A DNA stretch of 56,985 nt, taken from positions 1 to 56,985 of IMG/VR virus record IMGVR_UViG_3300033153_003349. The stretch is one strand, 5' to 3'. This stretch comes from a virus. Lineage: Duplodnaviria; Caudoviricetes. This document shows, piece after piece, positions 8,788 to 17,932 of this stretch (positions are counted from its first letter, which is position 1; the number at the start of each line of letters is the position of its first letter). The translations under genes were made by a program, and so were the position numbers. The notes beneath the pieces were generated by a model. That model searched no databases. It saw nothing but the letters and a program-made list of their open reading frames with translations, and was not told the origin of the DNA.

Positions 8788-9895
8788 ATTCTACCCAAAA
8801 TTCACAATCAGGACAAGCATTAGGGAAAGACTCAAAGTCTTTCGCAAACTCTCCATCTTCAGGACATTCAGGATGAGAAAGCAAAGATTTTCCTTTTTTA
8901 TCTTTCTTAGGTTCATCTTCTTTCTCTTTCCTGTTACGTCTGGACGACCTATCCCTCTTGGGAGGTTTCTCTTCTTCTTCAGTCTCTTCTTCTTCTTCTT
9001 TCTCCTCAGGTTCTTCTTCTTTCTCTTTCCTGTTCCTTCTTGAACTCCTGTCTCTCTTCGGTGGTTTCTCTTCTTTCTCCTCAGGCTCATCCTCAGGTTC
9101 TTCTTCTTTCTCTTCTTCTTTCACCTTATCAGCTGTCTCCCCACGCTTACGAGGGTCACGTTTCCTTTTCCGTGACTCAGGCTCTTCTTCTTCATCTTCA
9201 ATCTCATGAAAAACCTTTTCTATCTGCTCATAAGATAATATCTCAAGTAAGGCATCAAGGTCATACACATCATCAAGAATTTCTTCGTCTATATCATCTC
9301 TTTCTTTGAAGTCTATTCTATCAGCAACGAAATAAGGATTACCATCAAATTTCTCTTCTTTAAATCTAACCGTAACAGTATATCCTTCTTCCAATTCAGG
9401 AAAAGCAGCAAATTCTTCATCTACTATATCTAATTCATCTGAAAGCACTTTACCAAAACTTGCTTTAGAATAATCAAACAAATAGATAGTGTCATCACCT
9501 TTAAGCATAACATTAAACAACTGTTTTGCCTGAGCTTTCAACTTACCTACAATAATCTTATTTTTCTTATATTCTTTGGCAAGCTCATCCCGTTCTTCAC
9601 AAATAGGACACTTTTTCCCTATCGACCGTGGGCAAACAATATCCTGTTTCTTGACACCCATGTACCTGTGTAAGCCATACTCCCTATCCCACCAAAGTTC
9701 ACCCTTCTCTGCATCAGGGTGGTTATTAACTTGGACTTCATACATTAAGAAATCCAATTCCTTTGTTCCTGCTTCGATATCAAGTATCTTAATACCTTTA
9801 GGAAGGATAAGATGACTAGCAAATCCTGAACCTCTCGCATCTTTCTGTGCTTTCTGACGTATGCGATCTCTCATTGAGCTGCGTTTTTTACTCAT
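8759..9895 (-). CDS. gp32-like single-stranded DNA-binding protein with a long charged tail and a C-terminal Cys cluster
   Basis: H...VCP....KCPICE core, acidic/basic low-complexity tail, position between UvsY-like and RecA genes. Confidence 0.72.
   Translation of the reverse strand: MSKKRSSMRDRIRQKAQKDARGSGFASHLILPKGIKILDIEAGTKELDFLMYEVQVNNHPDAEKGELWWDREYGLHRYMGVKKQDIVCPRSIGKKCPICEERDELAKEYKKNKIIVGKLKAQAKQLFNVMLKGDDTIYLFDYSKASFGKVLSDELDIVDEEFAAFPELEEGYTVTVRFKEEKFDGNPYFVADRIDFKERDDIDEEILDDVYDLDALLEILSYEQIEKVFHEIEDEEEEPESRKRKRDPRKRGETADKVKEEEKEEEPEDEPEEKEEKPPKRDRSSRRNRKEKEEEPEEKEEEEETEEEEKPPKRDRSSRRNRKEKEDEPKKDKKGKSLLSHPECPEDGEFAKDFESFPNACPDCEFWVECGNAFDELD
8918..9073 (-). repeat. Two copies (8918-8974, 9017-9073) encoding the identical peptide EEKPPKRDRSSRRNRKEKE
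   Basis: Direct comparison of the two 57-nt copies: identical protein, 7 synonymous codon differences. Confidence 0.9.
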
Positions 9896-10410
9896 TATTC
9901 ATCTCTCTTTCTGCGTGTTCTACGCTTGATTTTTTCTTTCACTCTATCATCTTTTTCTTTTTGAAGGTCATTCCTAGAGCCTAATGTTTCATCACTCTCT
10001 GGAGCAGCAAAATATTTTTGTCCGTGGAGTTTAACTAGATGGGACAAAGCATCTTTCCTTTGTTCAAAAGCCCGTAAAGCAACTTTCAACATTTCTACAC
10101 TTTCCTGTACTGTCCGTACTTCCCCCTCAGCCTCTCGATATTCTGGATGTGTTATAATGACACTCTCAATAACCTTTTCAGTTATCTTAACACCCTTGCC
10201 TATATACTCAACAGGTGTAGCTCTTACGGACAACCCCAAATCAGCCATCACTATATCTTTATTCCTTACAACGTGAGCCAATTCTATTTTTTGTCTTTCT
10301 AATTCCTCAGCATACTTTAAGAAAAGCTGAGGTTGATTAAGCCATTCAACATCAAGCATATCGGGGTCAATTTTTATTTCTTCCCGAAAATCAAACGAAT
10401 CTTTTCCCAT
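9895..10410 (-). CDS. UvsY-like recombination mediator
   Basis: IKIDPDMLDVEWLNQP, KITEKVIESVI..HPEY, AFEQRKDAL; helical, adjacent to SSB and RecA. Confidence 0.6.
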   Translation of the reverse strand: MGKDSFDFREEIKIDPDMLDVEWLNQPQLFLKYAEELERQKIELAHVVRNKDIVMADLGLSVRATPVEYIGKGVKITEKVIESVIITHPEYREAEGEVRTVQESVEMLKVALRAFEQRKDALSHLVKLHGQKYFAAPESDETLGSRNDLQKEKDDRVKEKIKRRTRRKRDE

Positions 10411-10712
10411 AAAGTTCTCCCTTTAATTTTAGGTAACAATTCAAATATATACGGCTCATCTAAACAAATAATTTGATTATCCGTTATACGTACTCTTAAA
10501 CCTTTCATTACTTTTTCTATTTCATCAATAAACTTTTGTTTCCCTTTCTGAAAAATTCCTGAATTATATATTGTCCTTATTAAAACAATACGAGTACCAT
10601 CTTCATTATAAGTCATAACTTCCATATTGCGTGCAAAAACTTCGTCAGTAATAACCTTCTGTAATAATTGATTAGTCACAATAAGCATCTTTGGTTCTTC
10701 TGGCATGGGCAC
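10374..10712 (-). CDS. Hypothetical protein (112 aa)
   Basis: AAGGAG RBS; first gene after the promoter at 10742-10770. Confidence 0.65.
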   Translation of the reverse strand: MPMPEEPKMLIVTNQLLQKVITDEVFARNMEVMTYNEDGTRIVLIRTIYNSGIFQKGKQKFIDEIEKVMKGLRVRITDNQIICLDEPYIFELLPKIKGRTLWEKIRLIFGKK

Positions 10713-10741
10713 TCCTTTATTTAATAAATTATATTTAGATA

Positions 10742-10770
10742 AATATACACTTAATTATTTTAACAAACAA
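10742..10770 (-). promoter_or_regulatory. Putative sigma70-type promoter TTGTTT-17-TATATT, flanked by TTAATAAATT(A/T) motifs (10721-10731, 10778-10788)
   Basis: Exact 17-nt spacer, intergenic, heads the recombination operon. Confidence 0.6.
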
Positions 10771-10793
10771 GCATCATTTAATAAATTTTTAAA

Positions 10794-12323
10794 TTAAAAA
10801 CTATCAGTAAAAGCCCTCCCCGCAGGTAAGAACTGAAGCACAGTCACATATTTTGTCAAGGAACTAGCCCCTTCTCTGACTAATATTACATTCCAACGCA
10901 TCACAGATTTCTCTTTTTCTTTCTCTGTTTGATTAATCCCTAACATAGCTGTCACATGACTGTACTTCCTTTTATCCTCTGAAAAATTAGACCTATCTAA
11001 TAACTGTTTATCATAACTTTCTGCATTGGTTTGTGTTCCTGCTATTACTAATGAATCCCAGTCTTGCGAGAATCGTCTAGTACCCATCCAAGAAGCATTA
11101 ATACCATCTCTCAACTGTCCTCCTGTAGGCGGTACATGGTCCATAATATCTATATAATCTATCACAATTATCTCAGGAATAAAATTTTCAGTATCTTTCC
11201 AATGCTGTAACTTCGATTCCATTTCATTAAGAGTTAAAGTCCCATTGGAATAATGTTCTACTTTGAATTTCTTTCCTCTTGTCAATTTGTTATTCCAAAA
11301 CTTCATTTTATCGTATGCTTCCATCCAACCTATCTCTGGGACATCTACATCTTCATACCAATACGTAGGTTTAAAATTTTCAAAATCTTTATTCTTTCTA
11401 CATACATCACAAGTTTGATACCCCATTTCTTTTGCTTGCTTGTACTCAAATAATGTTCCTGCATCTTCGTCATCTATTATGTCTACATCATTAATCTTAC
11501 AAGCTAACTTACAAAAATTCTGTTGGTTAGCAATACAATCTATGATAGGTTTCTTCTGTTGTCCTGTATACTGAAGGTCATAGTTTCCTCTTGTAAAATA
11601 TACACCCATACGCCTTATAAATTGTTCTCTGGTTAAATCCCCTGCCTCAAAGTAAGCTACATTATTTCCCTGCCTCCACCCTGTAAAAGCCATGTTCATC
11701 AAGTGCCAAGTCTTTCCCGATTTCTCAGCTCCCATTACTCCTACAAACCCCCCTTTAATCAAATGAGGATTAACCATTCTACCATAGGCTCCTGGGAATC
11801 TTATTAAAGGTTCTGTTACAGACTCAAAAGCTCTACGTACAGCATCAGGGTCATTAAATATATCTCTCCGTGCTTCCACTTCTTTTTGTTTATGTTTAAA
11901 TTCGTTTACTATCTTTTCACAATTCTCTTGCTTGTCATTATCTAAAGCAACTTTTAAATCATCTCTTAATTGTTCAATCTCTCGTCTATGGAAGTAATCA
12001 AACGATTCCTTAACTACATAATCCACATTTATATTATCAAATTTTTCGTATTCTTTTTCATAGCTATATAACAAATCACCGACAAGCTCTACACGGTCAT
12101 CATCTTCACCTAATTTCTTAGCCCATCTATCATAATATAAAAGAATGTCAGCTTTCGGTGCTTCTTTATATAGCTTGTAATGTTCCATGCACCAACCTAC
12201 TACTACCTTTGAAAAACTATCCTGTATAAAACTAGATTTATACCTGGGTCTAATTCTTTTTATAAAAGAAGTGTTCCTTATCATAGAAAGTGTTAATCTT
12301 CGTTCAATATACTCGTTCTGCAT
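10794..12323 (-). CDS. DnaB-like replicative helicase
   Basis: Walker A GAEKSGKT, YFEAGD, IVIDYIDIM, GTQTN, SEDKRKYSHVTAMLGINQ; near primase. Confidence 0.82.
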   Translation of the reverse strand: MQNEYIERRLTLSMIRNTSFIKRIRPRYKSSFIQDSFSKVVVGWCMEHYKLYKEAPKADILLYYDRWAKKLGEDDDRVELVGDLLYSYEKEYEKFDNINVDYVVKESFDYFHRREIEQLRDDLKVALDNDKQENCEKIVNEFKHKQKEVEARRDIFNDPDAVRRAFESVTEPLIRFPGAYGRMVNPHLIKGGFVGVMGAEKSGKTWHLMNMAFTGWRQGNNVAYFEAGDLTREQFIRRMGVYFTRGNYDLQYTGQQKKPIIDCIANQQNFCKLACKINDVDIIDDEDAGTLFEYKQAKEMGYQTCDVCRKNKDFENFKPTYWYEDVDVPEIGWMEAYDKMKFWNNKLTRGKKFKVEHYSNGTLTLNEMESKLQHWKDTENFIPEIIVIDYIDIMDHVPPTGGQLRDGINASWMGTRRFSQDWDSLVIAGTQTNAESYDKQLLDRSNFSEDKRKYSHVTAMLGINQTEKEKEKSVMRWNVILVREGASSLTKYVTVLQFLPAGRAFTDSF

Positions 12324-12408
12324 ATTAGCCTATTTTCCTTTATTTTAGAGTAAAAACGACCGCATATAAGCGATGAGGAGAGCATCTCATTACAGGAGCT
12401 ATGCCCTG

Positions 12409-13164
12409 CTATGTCTTGTTTAAATCCACTTTTGTCTGTTTCTCGTAATGCTTTAGAAACCTCTTGAAGATAGTCTTACCTGGATACATTAAAGATGCAG
12501 TTAATTTTCCCCATCCTTTATACTCAGAAAAGACAAAATCTATATACATATCAAGGAATGTAAAATAATTCGGACATAAATTATAATCAATTAAATCTTT
12601 TTTCTCTTTATAAAATTCTCTTATTTTCTGAATAAGTATTACTATGCGAGAAGTGTCTTCAATATCTATACCCCTACAGGCATCAAGATTACCTTGAACA
12701 TATATAACTTTTTGTTGCATAGATACTGATAACTTTTCTATGGCTTGTCGTTTCCTTACTTCGTATTTCATAGGAGGAGGCTTATGAAAATAAAGAAAGA
12801 ACCAAGAATTATCGTAATAAGGGTCATAAATCAATTTATGCAATGCCCCTAAATTAGTTTTGTCCATAGGATAATAATCAGGATTAAAGACAAGAGAAAG
12901 ATGGTCTATACCTTTCATAATATCTTTATCAGTTAGAGGCTTAGTAATTAATCTTATATCTACATCATTCCATTCACACCAAGTGTAAAATTTCTCCCCA
13001 AAATACTTGTGCATCTGACCCTTACGCATAGCACTAAAATATTTGAGAGCTTTCTTGTATGTCTGCTTCTTTGAGTTCTTGTGTTTCGTTACATAAGGAA
13101 ATTTATTCCAGTACTCAACTAAATTACTTTTAAGAAGAATACTCAAACCTAATCCATTTACCAT
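12409..13164 (-). CDS. Hypothetical replication-region protein (251 aa; possible initiator or helicase loader)
   Basis: Basic, aromatic-rich ORF directly upstream of the helicase; function inferred from position only. Confidence 0.55.
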   Translation of the reverse strand: MVNGLGLSILLKSNLVEYWNKFPYVTKHKNSKKQTYKKALKYFSAMRKGQMHKYFGEKFYTWCEWNDVDIRLITKPLTDKDIMKGIDHLSLVFNPDYYPMDKTNLGALHKLIYDPYYDNSWFFLYFHKPPPMKYEVRKRQAIEKLSVSMQQKVIYVQGNLDACRGIDIEDTSRIVILIQKIREFYKEKKDLIDYNLCPNYFTFLDMYIDFVFSEYKGWGKLTASLMYPGKTIFKRFLKHYEKQTKVDLNKT

Positions 13165-13430
13165 GTTATACGCCCCACCATCCTTAAGGCTTTTTCAATA
13201 GATAATCTTTGGTCTTTCTTTCTGATGTCTCTTTCTCCTGACTCATACATACTAATATAAGCCTGTGGTACACCAGACCTCTTTGCTAATTTCGTTTGAG
13301 TCCAATTTCTCATTGCTCTCGCAACAATTAATGTGACCTGTCCTATTGGTCCACTCATACAATCCTCACTTTCTTCATACAATTCGGACAATAAGTCCAT
13401 TGAATATGTTTGTCTGTTAATATCCCGCAC
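13158..13430 (-). CDS. XRE/Cro-family helix-turn-helix regulator
   Basis: ARAMRNWTQTKLAKRSGVPQAYISMYESGER. Confidence 0.85.
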   Translation of the reverse strand: MRDINRQTYSMDLLSELYEESEDCMSGPIGQVTLIVARAMRNWTQTKLAKRSGVPQAYISMYESGERDIRKKDQRLSIEKALRMVGRITW

Positions 13431-13621
13431 TCCGAAACAAGCTCATCCTTATCAATTAAATCTTGATGAGTACCCCATTCTGGAGTACTATACTCACAAA
13501 ATCTGTTAAGCAATAAATGATTAACTACAGTTTTTGCAACTATCATTTCATGAGATTCTGTTTTAAAATTCTTTGTTAAAAAATCCTGTATATCTTTAGG
13601 AAAAATCATACTATCCTCCAC
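13355..13621 (-). CDS. Hypothetical protein with a possible Zn-ribbon C-terminus
   Basis: SECG...WTYCPNCMKKV. Confidence 0.55.
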   Translation of the reverse strand: MEDSMIFPKDIQDFLTKNFKTESHEMIVAKTVVNHLLLNRFCEYSTPEWGTHQDLIDKDELVSECGILTDKHIQWTYCPNCMKKVRIV

Positions 13622-14520
13622 TCCTTCATTAACATTCTTGCTTGGTTAGATGTTAAATCAGCAGGGTCACCCTTGTGTTCTGCATCACGTATAACCCCTG
13701 TTTTCTTCCCAAACCCTAACAAAGTTTTATATAATATGTCAGCCATTTCCTGTGCATATATATCATTGTTATCGAAGTAAACATATACTTCATCGAAAGA
13801 CAACATCATCTTTAATTGTGCATGAGTAAATTTAGTTCCATAGGTAGCTACTGCTCCCATCCCTAACCGCCACACATCTGTTACTCCCTCAACAACAATT
13901 ATCTTACTCCCAGGAACATTATCAAATCCGTAAAGAGTATCTTTTAAATCCATTACGGATTCTTCATTTGGAAGAGAGTAATACCTGAGTTTCTTTTGTT
14001 TGGTTATATCCCTGCCCTGTAGATTTACTAACTTCCCTTTGCTCATAATAGGAACGATAATTCTATTCTTCCACATATCATCTGCTAAGTGAGAAGAACC
14101 TAATATACCGTAAACAAACTCTATTTCATCAGGGTCAAAGAACCTTTGTAAAAGATAAGTTTTATGTCTATCAGTTATCTTACCTACATGGTCTGGGATA
14201 GTAATAAATTTAGCTTTCCTTATTTCATCTGTCAAAGAAGAAGGTAAAAAATCTGTCTCATATGAATAGACAACTGGCATTAACTGACCACGTGACAACC
14301 CTGCTAACAACTCCAACGTATCAAAAAACTTATGTCCTCCGCAATGCCAACAACTAAATGACTTCTTCTTAGGATTCATACCTAGATGATAATTATCCGA
14401 TTTACAGTACGGACATTCTCTAATCTGAACCCAACCCTTAGATGAATGATGATGCTGTGTTGTTTGGTCTATATTATAATCCTTACAAAAGCGAAGTATA
14501 TCAAACATTAAACCTTCCAA
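13606..14520 (-). CDS. DNA primase (Zn-binding domain plus TOPRIM)
   Basis: ECPYC...FSCWHCG, RIIVPI, QGR, VVEGVTDV, YFDNND, GDPAD. Confidence 0.88.
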   Translation of the reverse strand: MEGLMFDILRFCKDYNIDQTTQHHHSSKGWVQIRECPYCKSDNYHLGMNPKKKSFSCWHCGGHKFFDTLELLAGLSRGQLMPVVYSYETDFLPSSLTDEIRKAKFITIPDHVGKITDRHKTYLLQRFFDPDEIEFVYGILGSSHLADDMWKNRIIVPIMSKGKLVNLQGRDITKQKKLRYYSLPNEESVMDLKDTLYGFDNVPGSKIIVVEGVTDVWRLGMGAVATYGTKFTHAQLKMMLSFDEVYVYFDNNDIYAQEMADILYKTLLGFGKKTGVIRDAEHKGDPADLTSNQARMLMKEWRIV

Positions 14521-14711
14521 TCTGTAGTGGTTGTTAATTTAACGGAAGTGGCTATCTTTCTTTTCTCCCTATGGGTAAATACATTCACCCACTCTGCTGT
14601 AAATTGATTTATAGTTATCCCATGCTTTTCCCACATATCTTGTACAAACTTTTGGACCTCCTTATGTACAACCATTTCTTTTACTTGTGTTTCTTCATCA
14701 TACTCTTGCAC
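14508..14711 (-). CDS. Hypothetical protein (67 aa)
   Basis: Fills the gap in a tightly packed operon. Confidence 0.5.
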   Translation of the reverse strand: MQEYDEETQVKEMVVHKEVQKFVQDMWEKHGITINQFTAEWVNVFTHREKRKIATSVKLTTTTDWKV

Positions 14712-14712
14712 C

Positions 14713-15051
14713 CTAACCGTCCAATCTTCCGCTTATATACCCACCGCTTAAATATTGGTATCTCCACTGACTACCATTCTTATAAATGATTACTTTAATC
14801 TTTCCTCCTCCTGACTTAAAACTTACTTCATATTCTATCCAAGGGAAGTAAGATTTATACTCATTGGACTGCCACCCCCAAGCATTGTAAGAATAATCAT
14901 TAGTAATATACTTCCAACCGTCTGTCCTGTAAGCTATCTGAATCTTGTTTACTGCTCCCTGCAAAATATCTACTTCATATGAGTAAACATCTTGGGCCTG
15001 AACTCTACTAACAACAGCTAAGAACAATATAAAAAGAACTAATTTTTTCAT
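14713..15051 (-). CDS. Exported protein with a Sec signal peptide (112 aa)
   Basis: MKKLVLFILFLAVVSRVQA|QD; aromatic beta-rich mature part; AGGAGG RBS. Confidence 0.7.
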   Translation of the reverse strand: MKKLVLFILFLAVVSRVQAQDVYSYEVDILQGAVNKIQIAYRTDGWKYITNDYSYNAWGWQSNEYKSYFPWIEYEVSFKSGGGKIKVIIYKNGSQWRYQYLSGGYISGRLDG

Positions 15052-16556
15052 GATACCTCCTTAAGTAAGTTAGTCAACATATCAAATTCTTCGGAGGGTA
15101 AACCTCCGTCAATAATATTATCAACAATCGCCTGTTTCTTTTTTAACAATTCAAGTATAGGTTCTTCAATTGTATCTTTACCTAATATATAATATACACT
15201 GACTTGTCTCTCTTGTGAAATCCTATGCGCTCTATCACTGCCTTGTACGTGCAATGCTGGATTCCAACCTAACTCTAAATGAGCTACATAAGCTGAGGCT
15301 GTCAATGTTATCCCCACTCCTGCTGCTTTGAGCTGCCCTATAAACAAAGGATATTTATTATTAGTTTGAAATTCCTTCTCTACCTCTCTTCTTTCAGAAG
15401 CACTAACAGAACCGTCTATCACAAGACAACGACCTTTAAAATGCTCAGCTAAAGTAATAATAAATTCTGTATGGATAGCAAAGACTATTAACTTCTCACC
15501 AGAAGCAAGGAAATCCTCTATCCATTGTATTACATAAGGCAACTTCCCTTTGAATATAATCTGTTTTAAATACTCTATCTGAGCTAATGCTTGGGCTCTC
15601 GATGCTCTCGTCAATCTCTTGCTCTTGGTAGGTTTGTTCTTCTTAATCCAATTGAGAAAATCGGATTTAGCAAAGTCGTAATCACTTCTTGTCGTGATGT
15701 CCATAGGAATTTCTGTGACTACCTTATCGGGGAGTTCTTTGAGCACTTCTTTTTTCCTTCTACGAACCATTAAGTTATTAACTAAGATATGATGTAACTC
15801 GTCTGTTCTAGCAGACCCAGTCATATCCCAACCAAACTTCCCATGCTTTAAGTCACAATATCTTTTAGCAAAGTACCAACGATTTTTAAACAACCCAGGG
15901 TATAACATATTGATTGTTGTCCAAATCTCTATAGGTCTATTCTCAATAGGTGTTCCACTCAATGCAAGAATATTAGAGATGCCTTTACTCAAATGAACCG
16001 TAGCTTTAGTTCTCTCAGAAGTATTATTCTTTATATAATGACTCTCATCTAAAATAAGTGTACTCCAGTTATACTCTTCAAGACGTTTGCCCCATCCTTC
16101 TTTTGATAAAACCTTCTTAATGACCTTTCTCTTATTCTTTCTGGTAACAATTGTGATTATCTTCCATCCCTGCGCTAAAGCTCTTATGAGTGCATCTCCC
16201 CTAGCCAACCTCTTTTTAGTATCAGCGATAACATCGTAATTAATAATAACTACTTCAGCATAAATGTCTGTGATTTCTCTACCGCTTATCACTTGTACCT
16301 GGATGTTATCCCCTAACCACTCATGTATTTTTTCTTCCCACATATACTTAACTGTTACTGGGCAAATAATAAGTACAGGGTAATGAGTATCATCCATAGA
16401 AAGGAAAGCTAATGACTGTATAGTCTTACCTAGACCCATATCGTCAGCCAATAGAACTCTCTTTTCAAACAGGTAAGCCTTTCTCAAGAACTGTCTCTGG
16501 AAAGGCATTAACCTGTTATATATATCCCTTGGTACAAGTGCGCTGGTGTTCTGCAT
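15048..16556 (-). CDS. SNF2-family helicase/translocase (HARP/SMARCAL1-like)
   Basis: LADDMGLGKTIQ, ILDESHYIKN, LSGTPIENRP, RRRKKEVLKELPDK, AAGVGITLT, WNPALHVQGSDRAHRISQ. Confidence 0.93.
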   Translation of the reverse strand: MQNTSALVPRDIYNRLMPFQRQFLRKAYLFEKRVLLADDMGLGKTIQSLAFLSMDDTHYPVLIICPVTVKYMWEEKIHEWLGDNIQVQVISGREITDIYAEVVIINYDVIADTKKRLARGDALIRALAQGWKIITIVTRKNKRKVIKKVLSKEGWGKRLEEYNWSTLILDESHYIKNNTSERTKATVHLSKGISNILALSGTPIENRPIEIWTTINMLYPGLFKNRWYFAKRYCDLKHGKFGWDMTGSARTDELHHILVNNLMVRRRKKEVLKELPDKVVTEIPMDITTRSDYDFAKSDFLNWIKKNKPTKSKRLTRASRAQALAQIEYLKQIIFKGKLPYVIQWIEDFLASGEKLIVFAIHTEFIITLAEHFKGRCLVIDGSVSASERREVEKEFQTNNKYPLFIGQLKAAGVGITLTASAYVAHLELGWNPALHVQGSDRAHRISQERQVSVYYILGKDTIEEPILELLKKKQAIVDNIIDGGLPSEEFDMLTNLLKEVS

Positions 16557-17593
16557 TAGTTTAAGATGTTCAAAGATGCGTCAAATGCTTTTTGTCGCAA
16601 CGTTGAAGAACCACTCCTTTGGTTTATAATTAGATGTTCAAACCTATCTTCCCTGTCACCTCTGATAGTCTTGTAATGGTCTACATATTCTGTGACAGCA
16701 TTGTAGGCTCCGTACAAAGTTCCTTTGGTAGCTTTAACTTCATTAATCGTTTCCGAAGTCTCAAATATATCTACCAATTGTTTCCTGGTGTTCTCCGTTC
16801 TAGCAGGAGCTACCATAGCCTCAGTGTCACCGCCCTTTGCTACAGGGTCAGGCAGGACAAGTTTAAAGTACTTATTAATAAGACTAGCATTCATTTTAAA
16901 GCCCGCCATCTCACCGAAATATTCTTTAGCGTGTCGGTAGTACTCAGAAGTAATCTTCAATACCCTGCGAGCTTCTGACACTCTTTCTTGTGCGTTTTTA
17001 GTATGACGTACTTTTACTAATGAACTCCCGCTAAATCCTAAAGCGAACCTGAGAGTATTATGACAAACTACCCGTATAGGGGTTAAAGCTATTGTGATAG
17101 GAGATGTGCCATCATGCGAATTAGTAAAGAGAAGGAACTTTTCAATTGGGTCTCCCTTTACCTTTACATAATCAGGCATCTTACCCATCACCCACATAAT
17201 CCTGCCGTCACTAATTACTCCCGCACTTTCATAAATCATAGAACCTTCCGTTACAATCTCTTCAAAGATATTGAAAGCATTATCGTTCTGATAAGGTTCG
17301 TATCTGTCTCCTACCACTCCCAAATGCTGTTCGGTATCAGTACGGATTGTTTCAAAGGTTCTCGGAACTCTCATGTATCTTTTCTTGATAGCTCCGTCTG
17401 CTCTAATCAAGTTCCTGTGCATATACAAAGGCTTCTTGACTACTTCGTAATCCAGTCCAGACATTTCCAGAAGTTCTTCTTTGTCCATCAGTCTTCCAAA
17501 GTTAATACCTAATCCATGCCAAGCGGGTTGGTATTCAGAATGAACAAAAGCTGCCTTTCCTGTTTTCTCATTTACTGCTAGGTCGTGTGACAT
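16556..17593 (-). CDS. DUF932-family phage/plasmid protein
   Basis: PAWHGLG, LGVVGDRYEPYQN, ESAG, NSHDGT, TPIRVVCHNTL, VRHT, GTLYGAYNAVTEYVDH. Confidence 0.88.
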   Translation of the reverse strand: MSHDLAVNEKTGKAAFVHSEYQPAWHGLGINFGRLMDKEELLEMSGLDYEVVKKPLYMHRNLIRADGAIKKRYMRVPRTFETIRTDTEQHLGVVGDRYEPYQNDNAFNIFEEIVTEGSMIYESAGVISDGRIMWVMGKMPDYVKVKGDPIEKFLLFTNSHDGTSPITIALTPIRVVCHNTLRFALGFSGSSLVKVRHTKNAQERVSEARRVLKITSEYYRHAKEYFGEMAGFKMNASLINKYFKLVLPDPVAKGGDTEAMVAPARTENTRKQLVDIFETSETINEVKATKGTLYGAYNAVTEYVDHYKTIRGDREDRFEHLIINQRSGSSTLRQKAFDASLNILN

Positions 17594-17645
17594 ATGGCCT
17601 CCTTATTTAGTTAATTGTTTTGGGTCTAGCCCTTTATCTATAACT

Positions 17646-17674
17646 AATATAACTAATAATTTATTAAAAAGCAA
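17646..17674 (-). promoter_or_regulatory. Putative sigma70-type promoter TTGCTT-17-TATATT for the DUF932/replication operon
   Basis: Exact 17-nt spacer; the motif lies in the spacer (17657-17667) and upstream (17682-17692); AAGGAGG RBS downstream. Confidence 0.65.
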
Positions 17675-17708
17675 CTATTAATTAATAAATTATAATTAAA
17701 TTTTACTC

Positions 17709-17738
17709 AAAAAGAAAGGGCATAATCACTACGCCCTT
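17709..17738 (-). terminator. Intrinsic terminator (AAGGGCGTA-gtgat-TATGCCCTT-TCTTTTT)
   Basis: 9-bp stem with one G-U pair and a U-rich tail on the minus strand. Confidence 0.65.
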
Positions 17739-17824
17739 CCTAATTTATAACCCAATCTCAATACCCGCTAAGGTACTGTAATATAAGGAATAAAGAAAAG
17801 GCATACAAGAATGATTTTTAAAGG

Positions 17825-17865
17825 AAAATAAAAAAGGGTTCAGTCGTCTAATTCTGAACCCTTTT
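17825..17865 (-). terminator. Intrinsic terminator, possibly bidirectional (AAAAGGGTTCAG / CTGAACCCTTTT)
   Basis: Perfect 12-bp inverted repeat (17832-17843 / 17854-17865) with a U-tail. Confidence 0.8.
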
Positions 17866-17932
17866 GAATCTTACATAAAATAACTCACATTATTGTGATA
17901 TTAATATACTTTTTACACTCCGTTGAAGAGAT

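Noticed and set aside
8791-9309. Alternative-frame and antisense ORFs over the SSB tail (K/R-rich 99 aa, S/F-rich 83 aa)
   Set aside because: By-products of the purine-rich low-complexity sequence.
11400-11537. Possible intein in the helicase
   Set aside because: Too short, with no C-terminal HN-(C/S/T) or LAGLIDADG motifs; kept only as a Cys-rich insertion.
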